Shown: positions 1-8,063 of the stretch, in pieces
Numbering within the stretch: position 1 is the first letter of the stretch
Layout of the letters: the number at the start of each line of letters is the position of its first letter
From: Candidatus Methanomethylicia archaeon
Lineage (GTDB): Archaea; Thermoproteota; Methanomethylicia; Nezhaarchaeales; B40-G2
DNA: 20,736 nt
NCBI GenBank assembly: GCA_029259155.1
Contig: JAPDJI010000016.1
Coordinates: 1 to 20,736 of the forward strand
Direction of reading: 5' to 3'
Position numbers and translations under genes: made by a program
Notes under the pieces: generated by a model
The model's input: only the letters and a program-made list of their open reading frames with translations
Databases searched by the model: none
Told to the model about the DNA's origin: nothing

Positions 1-24
1 TCTCTTGGACATGTCCCAGGCTTT

Positions 25-1116
25 TCAAGAAGCCTCTATGAACTCGACGGCTCTCCCCTCAGGGTTGCTGAAGGGACATACAGCTATACACGTTGAGCAG
101 TCTGCCCCGTTCTCGCTCCAGAACTTGTAGCACTTCTCGGGGTCGATGTACCATTTAAGCACCCCCGGGTTGTTGGAGGGCGTGGGTCCGTGGTCAGCCA
201 TCTCGCCGCTCGATATAGCTCCAGCCTCGCATGCCTCAGCGCAGCGTTTACAATTATCGCAGAACTCCGTGACGCCGAAGTCTATGGGCTGATCTGGCTT
301 TAGAGGTAGGTCGGTGAACACCTTAGCTATCCTCACCCTGGGCCCGAACCAAGGCGTGATTAAAAGCCCGTTTCTCCCTAGCTGGCCTAGCCCTGCATCT
401 ATGGCTAAAGGTATGCTCAGCGCAGTGTCGTTGCCGCATGGGATGGCCTTGTAGCCTAGGCTACGGATAAACTGGGCTAAGCTACTTGCCAAGAAAGCCA
501 TCTTAGAGTAGGCGAGGCCTGTCTCTGCAGCTGCCTTAACGAAGGGTGAGGCCTTCAAGTATTCATACCTCATCTCGACGAGGATGACCACGGCGAACTT
601 GTAGTCTTCAGGTATCTCGAGCGGCTCATTTACACCTGTAGCTGGATCGTAGATGTGAGAGTATATCCAGGTCCTGTTTAGCTTACAGATGCCTACCGCT
701 GAAGCACCGTAGAAGAGGGCGGCTTCCTTAACTATCCTGGAAGCCTCCGCCGGGTCCTTTATGCTTAGAGGATATCCTTTAGGTGGAGGCCAGGTTAGCC
801 TTGCTAGGATGGGGGGCGTAGGCTCCATCCACCTGTAGAGACCTACATCTCCTCTACAGCCACTAGCGGATATCAAGCCTCCCTCGAAGCTCTGTAGGTG
901 CCAGCTTCCACCCATGAGCGCATAGTCCTCTAAGCTGTATCCCTGGTCCCTGGAAGCTATATGCTTCATCTGCGCGTCGTAGTACGCCTTGATAAGCCTC
1001 TGAAAGTCCGGGTCCCAGAACCTACGTGAGAATACAGTGTTCTTAGGGTTGAAGCGTTTTACTTGCCCTACTATCTTATATAGAGGAGACTGTACCTTCT
1101 TGACCTTAATCCGCAT
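25..1116 (-). CDS. rdhA: Reductive dehalogenase-like cobalamin/2x[4Fe-4S] protein (RdhA/QueG superfamily), no TAT signal
   Basis: Motifs VKEAALFYGASAVGI, FIRSLGYKA and SIPLAIDAGLGQLGRNGLLITPWFGPRVRIAKVFTDLPL; Fe-S motifs FCDNCKRCAEAC and KC-x10-CSTCIAVCPF. Start moved to ATG 1116 (MRIKVKK) because the track extension to 1284 overlaps the divergent gene and its promoter region. Confidence 0.85.
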   Translation of the reverse strand: MRIKVKKVQSPLYKIVGQVKRFNPKNTVFSRRFWDPDFQRLIKAYYDAQMKHIASRDQGYSLEDYALMGGSWHLQSFEGGLISASGCRGDVGLYRWMEPTPPILARLTWPPPKGYPLSIKDPAEASRIVKEAALFYGASAVGICKLNRTWIYSHIYDPATGVNEPLEIPEDYKFAVVILVEMRYEYLKASPFVKAAAETGLAYSKMAFLASSLAQFIRSLGYKAIPCGNDTALSIPLAIDAGLGQLGRNGLLITPWFGPRVRIAKVFTDLPLKPDQPIDFGVTEFCDNCKRCAEACEAGAISSGEMADHGPTPSNNPGVLKWYIDPEKCYKFWSENGADCSTCIAVCPFSNPEGRAVEFIEAS

Positions 1117-1125
1117 GGTTCCACG

Positions 1126-1153
1126 AAGTAAACTGTGGCTTTCTCGTTTACTT
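1126..1153. promoter_or_regulatory. 8-bp inverted repeat AAGTAAAC-N12-GTTTACTT overlapping the probable rdhA TATA box
   Basis: Arms at 1126-1133 and 1146-1153; minus-strand TTAAGTAA (1155-1148) lies about 32-39 bp upstream of ATG 1116. Confidence 0.35.
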
Positions 1154-1223
1154 AAGCGACGTTGAAGCTTAGGTTTTAATGAGTAAGACCCTTTGTAAGT
1201 ATCAGTCCCCCCTCCTCGTGTAG

Positions 1224-2270
1224 GTGAGGGTTGAAGTGTGCAGGATGGTTGAGCAGGGATATAGGCCTGGTAGCTGCTCGACACTGATGCCCGACGGTAG
1301 TGTCCAGCCGGCCTGTAAAGCTACGCTTAAACGTGAAGGTGGTTTATGGTGGAGGCTTGTAGAGGCTGTTCATCTTTCTAGGCCTGAGGATTACTTAAGC
1401 ATCTACCAGAGCGGCTGTAACCATTCATGCCTCAAATGTCACTCATGGGAATTTACGCAGGTCTATAGAGGTTTCTGGATGTCGACGGAGGATATAGCTG
1501 AGGAGGCTGCTCGCTATGAGGCCGTGGTGACGGTGCAGGAGCCCAGGGAGAGAGCGCTGATGTTCTACGCCTCCGACCTATGCCGGCACTGTGGGCTATG
1601 CGTTACGGCAGGCGTTAGGGGCCCTCTATGTCCAGGTAAACTAAGCCCTAGCCAAGTCCTACCTAGTGTTCAGGGATGGGGACCGGCTAGAAACATAGTT
1701 GCCTTCACCGGCGGCGATGTGGTCTGTGTCCCAGAGTTTTACGCTGAGGCTGCGGAGAAAGTTAAGGAGGCTTGCCGCCAGGTATGGGTCTTAATCGAGA
1801 CCAACGGCTTCGGCTTGACTCAGCGCAACCTTGAAGTTTTAGCGAGCGGAGGTGTGGATGCTTTCTGGCTGGATATTAAGGCCTATAGCCCTGAGCTATA
1901 CCGTAAACTGTGCGGCGCCGACAACTCCACGGTGCTTAAAGCTCCTGAGCTCATAGTTGACATGGGTTTCCAGCTTGAGGTTCTAGCACTCTATATCCCA
2001 GGCTGGGTAGAGGTGGAGGAGATAGCTAGGATAGCGCGCCTCGTAGCTGACGTAGACCCAAACGTACCCTTCACGGTGCTGGCCTTCTTCCCTGCCTATA
2101 AGCTCATGGAGTCTAGGCCTCCCACAGTACTGGAGCTGGCTAGAGCTGTGGCTGCTGTCAAGGAGGCTGGGTTAAGGAGGGTTAAGGTAGGCAACGTAGG
2201 GGTGGCTGCTAAGACCAGCCGCGAGCTAGAGCTGCTCATAACCCTTGTCGGCGAGGACGCCATAGGTTAA
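1224..2270 (+). CDS. Radical SAM protein (PflA/activating-enzyme-like) with an extra Cys cluster
   Basis: CNHSCLKC (CxxxCxxC), FTGGD, IETNG and LDIKA motifs; additional CRHCGLC-x9-CP insertion. Confidence 0.88.
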   Translation: MRVEVCRMVEQGYRPGSCSTLMPDGSVQPACKATLKREGGLWWRLVEAVHLSRPEDYLSIYQSGCNHSCLKCHSWEFTQVYRGFWMSTEDIAEEAARYEAVVTVQEPRERALMFYASDLCRHCGLCVTAGVRGPLCPGKLSPSQVLPSVQGWGPARNIVAFTGGDVVCVPEFYAEAAEKVKEACRQVWVLIETNGFGLTQRNLEVLASGGVDAFWLDIKAYSPELYRKLCGADNSTVLKAPELIVDMGFQLEVLALYIPGWVEVEEIARIARLVADVDPNVPFTVLAFFPAYKLMESRPPTVLELARAVAAVKEAGLRRVKVGNVGVAAKTSRELELLITLVGEDAIG

Positions 2271-2899
2271 AGGCTCTCTATGTACTCTATGAGCTGGGAG
2301 GCCAGCTCCTCGGACTCTATTAAGGCGCTTACTTCATGGTTATACCAGAGGGCGCTCTCAGTCCAGTTGTGGCTGCCCACCAACACGATGTAGGAGTCTA
2401 CGACCATAAGCTTGGCGTGGGTCGTAACTCCCTCGGGGTCCCAATGTACCTCAACGCCCTGTTCTTGAAGGTAGCTGTAGGCTTCGATGTTGGTGTCCAC
2501 CCCGTTCTCTAAGACCACCTTTACCACTACTCCACGCTCAGCCGCCTCGATCAACGCTCTAACCAAGTCGTTAGCCGGGTCTTCAGGGTCTCCTGGATCA
2601 TACTTTAACACGTACATAACCACGTAGATGCTGGAATTGCACCTCTCAACTAGGTCTAAGGCTTTTTCATAGTACTCCGCGTCCATCAACACTTCAACCT
2701 TCACGCCTAACATAGCCTCCAGCTGGCTTATCCTTGAGAGGGCCTGGACGTAGTCAGCGCTTAACTGCGCGTAGTCCTCATGGAGAGCTAAGTCCTCTCC
2801 TCTAATACTCGCCAGCTCGGTATGGCTTGAGGCCCACCCTATCGAGGATACCGCCGCGGCTAGGATCAGGATTAATACTAACAGCTTCACCTTATCCAA
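2267..2899 (-). CDS. Phospholipase D/Nuc-family protein with a single HKD motif and an N-terminal signal/TM anchor
   Basis: HAKLMVVD..VLVGSHNWT..N.E motif; hydrophobic N-terminus LLVLILILAAAV; heptad-like linker; SD GGAGGTG before the TTG start. Confidence 0.88.
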   Translation of the reverse strand: MDKVKLLVLILILAAAVSSIGWASSHTELASIRGEDLALHEDYAQLSADYVQALSRISQLEAMLGVKVEVLMDAEYYEKALDLVERCNSSIYVVMYVLKYDPGDPEDPANDLVRALIEAAERGVVVKVVLENGVDTNIEAYSYLQEQGVEVHWDPEGVTTHAKLMVVDSYIVLVGSHNWTESALWYNHEVSALIESEELASQLIEYIESL

Positions 2900-3009
2900 T
2901 CGAACACCTCCTAGATGTAAGCTAACTTGGACGTTTATTTAGTCAGCTGACCCTAAGGCTGAGCTCGTTAAGGAGGAGCATGGCCTCCTTCTGGGCATGT
3001 GAACTAGCT

Positions 3010-4605
3010 TTAATCCCCTAGAACTAGCTTCCTTAGCCCTCCTCTAGCCACCTTGTCTGGTCCTGCGCGTGGGAGCTCCTCTACGAATATTATTTTATCT
3101 GGGACCTTGAACTTGGCTAACCTAGAGGCGCAGAAGGCTTTCAGCTGTTCAGACTCCTCTTCAAAGCCTGGCTTCAACACCACAAAGGCGATCGGCCTTT
3201 CCCCCCACTTCTCATCCGGCACTCCTACTACCGCCGCGTCGGCTATGGCTGGGTGGCTCAGCAAAACCTCCTCAACCTCAGTGGCGAGTATCTTTTCTCC
3301 CCCGCTCTTGATGACGTTATAGAGCCTATCAACCACGTATATGTAGCCCTCCTCGTCCATAATGGCTAGGTCGCCTGTATGGTACCAGCCATCCTCGTCG
3401 TCTTCCTGGGCTACCACGAAAACCCTGAAGCCACGGCTAAAGCCATCCTCGTCGAAGGCTTTAGCCGTGGCTTCAGGGTTTTCGTGGTAGCCCAGGAAGA
3501 CTATGGGGCCTTTAACCAGGATCTCCCCTTCCTCGCTGATCTTAACTTCACAGTGAGGCATAGGCTTCCCCGCCGGAGCTCTCCTCGTCGATTTGGCTAG
3601 GAGGTAGCTGCTGACCCTACGCTTGGATGGTGGCAGAGCTATGCTGAGGGAGGTCTCGGTCGTGCCGTAGCAGAAGGATAAGGCTATGTGAGGCCACTTA
3701 ACCTGAAGCTTCTCCACTACGTCGTATGGGATGGCTTCCCCTCCAAAAGCCCAGAACCTCATGGCCTCCAGCCTATAGGTGTCCTCAGCCTTCTCCAAGC
3801 CCGCTAGTAGCTTAGCGTGGAAGGCTACACCTAGAAACCAGGTAGCTTTCCCCTTCTCTAAGGCTTCAAGCAGTCTATGAGGGTCTCCCCGTACTCTTCT
3901 AAGTAATAGGAGGGTCCCTCCCGTACATAGGGTTGGCACGGCTTGGATGAAGAGGCCTCCTGAATGAAAGAGCGGTAATGTACATAGCGCTACGTCAGCC
4001 TCGTTCAAGCCGAAGGTTAGCTGAGCGTTTAGAACGTTATGCAGGGTTTTCCTGTATGGGAGGAGGCATCCTTTAGGACTCCCCGTGGTGCCAGCAGTAT
4101 ACATCAATGTCTGCACGTCCTCGGGGTTGACCTTAGCTAAAGCCTCGCCTGTCCCTGTTGATAGAAGCTCCTCGTAGCTTTGATAGCCTAGAACCCCTTC
4201 ACCCAGCGAGTAGACGCAGGGTACTTCCTTTAGGGCCTCCTCCTTCCCCTTGAGCAGCTCTTCCTCCGCTACGAGGCTCTTCGGGGAGCAGTGTTTTATG
4301 GTTGTTGACAGCTCCTTGGACGTCCACCTAAAGCTAAGCGGCGTGAACACTACGCCTAGCTTAGAACACGCGTAGAATAGTTCGAGCAGCTCTACGCGGT
4401 TCTCCATTAAGACTGCCAGCCTATCACCTTTCCTCAGCCCAAGTCTGCTTAGCCCAGCGGCTAAACAGCTGCTGTGCTCGTTGAGCTCGGCGTAGCTTAC
4501 CTTACGTTTGCTGTCGAGCTCGACAACGGCGGTCTTAGCTCCATGAGTCTTAGCCCGTTGTTGAAGCCAGAGAGCCACATTGTAGTGGACTTGCTGGTGT
4601 AGCAT
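3010..4605 (-). CDS. Acyl-CoA synthetase / AMP-binding ligase (FadD/MenE-like) with an in-frame 18-aa insertion
   Basis: YTAGTTGSPKG P-loop, LPLFHSGG, YGTTE, GWYHTGD, IKSGGE, HPAIADAAVVGVPDEKWGE. Confidence 0.9.
   Translation of the reverse strand: MLHQQVHYNVALWLQQRAKTHGAKTAVVELDSKRKVSYAELNEHSSCLAAGLSRLGLRKGDRLAVLMENRVELLELFYACSKLGVVFTPLSFRWTSKELSTTIKHCSPKSLVAEEELLKGKEEALKEVPCVYSLGEGVLGYQSYEELLSTGTGEALAKVNPEDVQTLMYTAGTTGSPKGCLLPYRKTLHNVLNAQLTFGLNEADVALCTLPLFHSGGLFIQAVPTLCTGGTLLLLRRVRGDPHRLLEALEKGKATWFLGVAFHAKLLAGLEKAEDTYRLEAMRFWAFGGEAIPYDVVEKLQVKWPHIALSFCYGTTETSLSIALPPSKRRVSSYLLAKSTRRAPAGKPMPHCEVKISEEGEILVKGPIVFLGYHENPEATAKAFDEDGFSRGFRVFVVAQEDDEDGWYHTGDLAIMDEEGYIYVVDRLYNVIKSGGEKILATEVEEVLLSHPAIADAAVVGVPDEKWGERPIAFVVLKPGFEEESEQLKAFCASRLAKFKVPDKIIFVEELPRAGPDKVARGGLRKLVLGD
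3387..3454. repeat. 14-bp direct repeat agccatcctcgtcg (3387-3400 and 3441-3454), 54 bp apart
   Basis: Read directly from the sequence; it produces the duplicated DEDG peptide in the acyl-CoA synthetase. Confidence 0.95.
3400..3501. repeat. Perfect 45-bp inverted repeat (arms 3400-3444 and 3457-3501, 12-nt spacer)
   Basis: gtcttcctgggctaccacgaaaaccctgaagccacggctaaagcc is the exact reverse complement of ggctttagccgtggcttcagggttttcgtggtagcccaggaagac. The peptides FLGYHENPEATAKA and GFSRGFRVFVVAQED appear on both strands in the ORF track. Confidence 0.97.
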
Positions 4606-4634
4606 ACTAAGCGCTCTACGGGGAGGATGTAGGC

Positions 4635-5330
4635 TTAAGCCTTACCTTTCCTACATATTACTCTTAACGGGCACTCCCAGCATCTAGGCCTCCTTGCCTG
4701 ACAGGTATGTTTAGCGAGCAACCATAGTAAGCCTACGAGCCTTTCATGTTTCTCCGCTGGCACCTCGCTCCATGGAATAAAGCTCATCAACGCCTCTTGG
4801 ACATCCCTGTAGCTAGCGCCTTCGCTCACCAGGCCTAGCCTGAGGGCTAGCCTACGCATATGGGTATCCACGACGTAGGCTCGTCGATGTCCATGTATCC
4901 TCGACAACAGTACATCCGCGGTCTTATCACCTACGCCTGGCAGCTCCTTGAGCCTCCTCCTAGCCTCATCTAAGGGTAGGGAGAGAAGGGCGTCGAGGCG
5001 TCCATGAAGCTTCACAGCTACGTGGCGTGCCAGCTGCTTAAGCCTCCTAGCCTTTACTCTATGGAGGCCTCCAGGCCTTAAAGCCTCAGCGAGCTCACCT
5101 TCATCTAGCCTTGACAGCGTCCACGGGTCGACGTTGAACCTTGAGGCTAACGATAAGTAAGCCCTATGCGTGTTCTTTGACGACGTGTTCTGAGATAGTA
5201 GGGTGAACACGAGGGCTTTGAAGGGGTCTGACATCGCTTCCTCGTATACCCTCTCCTCCTCAACGCTCCACCAAAGCCTAGAGTATTTCTCCTCTAAAGA
5301 GGAGATGAGGTTGATGGGTAGCGTAGCCAA
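4635..5330 (-). CDS. nth: Endonuclease III (HhH-GPD DNA glycosylase/AP lyase)
   Basis: LLSQNT; HhH LPGVGDKTAD with catalytic Lys; VVDTH catalytic Asp; C-x6-C-x2-C-x5-C [4Fe-4S] motif (CQARRPRCWECPLRVIC). Confidence 0.92.
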   Translation of the reverse strand: MATLPINLISSLEEKYSRLWWSVEEERVYEEAMSDPFKALVFTLLSQNTSSKNTHRAYLSLASRFNVDPWTLSRLDEGELAEALRPGGLHRVKARRLKQLARHVAVKLHGRLDALLSLPLDEARRRLKELPGVGDKTADVLLSRIHGHRRAYVVDTHMRRLALRLGLVSEGASYRDVQEALMSFIPWSEVPAEKHERLVGLLWLLAKHTCQARRPRCWECPLRVICRKGKA

Positions 5331-5336
5331 GGCTTT

Positions 5337-5900
5337 TTAATGGAACAGGGTTTCATGCAACGTTAAGGCCTTCTTCATCAACTTCAACTTAGCCGCTAGC
5401 TGTAGAAGGTCCTTTGAAGTTCTCCTTAAAGCTCTGCCCGCCCATGGGCTTCCTATAACATCCTCCACCACCTTGGCGTAAGCCATCCCTTGAACGGCGA
5501 GGAGCCTGAGGATCATGTAGCTAACCGAGGCGAAACGCCTTAAGATCTCGCCGTCGATCTTCCTGCTCATCTTGTCAAGTATGGCGTGTAGTTCGCGAGA
5601 CAGCTTAATAAAGCGGGGGCCCAGCACCCTCGCTGCTTCACCCTCATCTACTGCATCTTCGTTGAAGCCAAGCTCGTTCACCACCACGTCGACCAGCCTA
5701 TTAAGCTTAGCTACCTCGTGTAGCGCATACTCGCCGTAGGCTTTGACTACGGGGTTCTTCGCGTTCCGGAGCACCATCTCTAGCTTAAGGGTGATGGCGC
5801 GGTTAAACTGTAGGATGTAGTTTAGCCCTTTAGCTGTACCTACTGTTAGAGGGTTTAGGGCAAGCTCCTTTGCCTCGCCTTTATGTGCAGCGACGTCCAT
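5337..5900 (-). CDS. Hypothetical all-helical protein, possibly a degenerate ferritin-like fold
   Basis: Long ORF ending 6 bp before the nth start. ATG 5900 is preferred because a TATA box (TTTTTAAA, 5935-5928) lies about 30 bp upstream. Confidence 0.65.
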   Translation of the reverse strand: MDVAAHKGEAKELALNPLTVGTAKGLNYILQFNRAITLKLEMVLRNAKNPVVKAYGEYALHEVAKLNRLVDVVVNELGFNEDAVDEGEAARVLGPRFIKLSRELHAILDKMSRKIDGEILRRFASVSYMILRLLAVQGMAYAKVVEDVIGSPWAGRALRRTSKDLLQLAAKLKLMKKALTLHETLFH

Positions 5901-5927
5901 GATGGACCAAGTAAGCCTCGAGGGGGC

Positions 5928-5935
5928 TTTAAAAA
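5928..5935 (-). promoter_or_regulatory. TATA box for the hypothetical-nth-acyl-CoA synthetase unit
   Basis: Minus-strand TTTTTAAA 28-35 bp upstream of ATG 5900, typical spacing for a leaderless archaeal transcript. Confidence 0.5.
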
Positions 5936-6028
5936 GCTGATGTATACACGCGCTACAAATAAACAATTGAAAAAAGTACTGGTTGATTAAGCATATATCT
6001 TACTTACCCCCTAGCTACTAGAGGTAGC

Positions 6029-8029
6029 GTGACCCTTTCTAGCGAGCAACGAGTAAAGCGCTTCTTCCCTTACTCCAACCTTAGGCCGTACCAGCTTGAA
6101 GCCTCCACGTTCATATACGACGTGTTTAGGGAAGGCGGCATCGGCCTACTCTCGGCGCCCTGCGGCATAGGTAAGTCCATAGCAGCTCTAGCAGCTTACC
6201 TTGCTGCACGCGAGGAAGCAGGTGGTTTTAGGGTTTTGGTGTTGACGAGGACCAAGAACCAAGCCGAGATCTATAGCAGGGAGCTTAGAGCTCTTCGAGA
6301 ACGCGTAGGCGTGGAGGTGGCTGCTGCCATCTTTAAGAGCAAGATGGAGATGTGCTTGAAGGTCGGGGAGGACGAGAAGCTTCGCGGCGTAGGCTACCAG
6401 GATTTTCTAAGGTACTGCGGCGGCCTAAAGCGGCGGCTTCATGGACGGCGCTGCGAGTACTATGAAGCTACGGTAATAGAGGGCTGGAGGCCGACGGTGA
6501 AGGCTAGGCGTTTAGTGGAGTCGCTGGTTAGGGAAGGGGCTTCCATGCCCGACGAGGTCTACGAAGCTTGTAAGGAAGAGTCGCTGTGTCCCTACGAAGT
6601 TACGAAGTTCCTAGCCAGCCGGGCTGACCTCATAATAGGTAACTACAACTACGCGCTTCTACCGCCAGTGAGGGCCTCAGTTCTTTCTAGAGCGAGGATT
6701 AAGCTTGGATCGACGGCTGCCGTCTTCGATGAAGCTCACTCCCTACCTAGGTACGTGATCGACCTCTTCTCCGACGAACTCTCGACCAGGTCTATGAAGA
6801 GGGCTTTAGAGGAGGCTGAGCGCTTCGGCGTTGATGTTTCGCTTACGAGGGTCTTAGCCGCCTTCAAGGACGTCGTGGAGGAGCTTGGACACGAGGCTTA
6901 CAGTGAACTTGGCGTGGACGAGGAGAAGATAGTAGACCCTATACGTGTCTTACGCGATGTTGCGTCGAGGACTGAGCTGGAGGACCTAGAGGAAGTCGTC
7001 GACGCGCTTAACCATCTAGAGGATGAAGGTGAAAGGATCAGGCAGCTTAAGGCAGCTGAAGGTAAGCCTCCAACCTCCTACATAGCTAGGTGCGCCTCCT
7101 TCCTAGCCGACTGGGCTACAGCTACGGAAAGCTTCTATGCGGCATATGTTAAGGCTGTGAGGAGGGGGGAGGAGCTTTACTTTAGGCTAGGCCTTAAATG
7201 CCTAGATCCTTCTCCAGCAGCCTCGGTTATCAACGGGTTTAGGACAGCAGTGCTCATGTCAGGGACGCTGTGGAGCCCTGAGTACTACATGGATGTGCTG
7301 GGCCTAGACAAGACCAGGTGTAGACAGCTAAGCCTTCCCTACCCTTTTCCGCGTCGAAACCGCGCCTTAATCGTCGACCTTGCCTCAACCTCAAAGTACG
7401 AGCGTAGAGGAGAGATGCTATGGAGTAAAGTAGCTTTCAGGCTCAATACGCTGCTTAGAGCTCTTAAAGGCCGTGCAGCTATCTACACGCCTTCCTACGA
7501 GGTGTTACGTGAAGTAGCTTCTAGGCTTAGCTCGGATAGGCCTCTTCTCGTGGAGGATGAGAGGACTAAGGTGGTTGAGGCGCTGGAACATTTAAGGCGC
7601 CACCCCGATGCGGTGGTGATGGGGGTGGCTGGAGGCAAGCTTAGTGAAGGCGTGGATTTCACCGACGCTGAGGGTAAAGGCCTGCTCTCCGCTGTGATCA
7701 TGGTGGGGCTCCCCTACCCTAAACGTAACCAGCTACATGAAGCCCTCGTCGAGCATTATAGGTCAAGGTTCGGCGGCTTAGCGGTGGAGTATGCGCGTGA
7801 AGCTCCATGCATTAATGCCTTAGCGCAGGTGGCAGGTAGGCTGATAAGGGGCCCTGAGGACCGAGGCGCGGTGATCATAATGGACTATAGGGCGATGCGG
7901 CCTAGGTTTAGAGCTAGGCTTCCCGAGGACTGGAGGGAGGATATAAAGGGGCGTAGGAGCCTTGAGAGGATCATAGAGGATCTGGCTTCGCTAGGCTTAG
8001 TGGAGGCTAGCTTCTTAGCGAAAGCTTGA
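6029..8029 (+). CDS. xpd: XPD/Rad3/DinG-family Fe-S ATP-dependent 5'-3' DNA helicase
   Basis: Q motif RPYQ, Walker A APCGIGKS, four Fe-S Cys candidates (MEMC, RYC, RRC, SLCPYE), DEAH, MSGTL, GKLSEGVDF, GLPYP, QVAGRLIRGPEDRG. Confidence 0.93.
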   Translation: MTLSSEQRVKRFFPYSNLRPYQLEASTFIYDVFREGGIGLLSAPCGIGKSIAALAAYLAAREEAGGFRVLVLTRTKNQAEIYSRELRALRERVGVEVAAAIFKSKMEMCLKVGEDEKLRGVGYQDFLRYCGGLKRRLHGRRCEYYEATVIEGWRPTVKARRLVESLVREGASMPDEVYEACKEESLCPYEVTKFLASRADLIIGNYNYALLPPVRASVLSRARIKLGSTAAVFDEAHSLPRYVIDLFSDELSTRSMKRALEEAERFGVDVSLTRVLAAFKDVVEELGHEAYSELGVDEEKIVDPIRVLRDVASRTELEDLEEVVDALNHLEDEGERIRQLKAAEGKPPTSYIARCASFLADWATATESFYAAYVKAVRRGEELYFRLGLKCLDPSPAASVINGFRTAVLMSGTLWSPEYYMDVLGLDKTRCRQLSLPYPFPRRNRALIVDLASTSKYERRGEMLWSKVAFRLNTLLRALKGRAAIYTPSYEVLREVASRLSSDRPLLVEDERTKVVEALEHLRRHPDAVVMGVAGGKLSEGVDFTDAEGKGLLSAVIMVGLPYPKRNQLHEALVEHYRSRFGGLAVEYAREAPCINALAQVAGRLIRGPEDRGAVIIMDYRAMRPRFRARLPEDWREDIKGRRSLERIIEDLASLGLVEASFLAKA

Positions 8030-8063
8030 ATACCTCATTAAGCTTCACGTGTCAAGGGTGGGA

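Noticed and set aside
1117-1284. N-terminal 56-aa extension of the rdhA ORF, and SRRF as a TAT motif
   Set aside because: The extension overlaps the divergent gene and the promoters; SRRFW lies in the mature region with no following hydrophobic h-region.
2970-2990. 7-bp hairpin aaggagg/cctcctt downstream of the acyl-CoA synthetase
   Set aside because: No adjacent U-tract; short stems like this are common by chance.
3400-3501. Inverted repeat as a MITE/IS end or terminator
   Set aside because: The arms are copies of the host gene's own coding sequence; no transposase; located mid-CDS.
3379-3600. 73-aa plus-strand ORF containing FLGYHENPEATAKA
   Set aside because: By-product of the inverted duplication; antisense to the acyl-CoA synthetase.
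5901-5966. Extension MFICSAC... of the hypothetical ORF
   Set aside because: Spans the TATA box; the CxxC is probably fortuitous.
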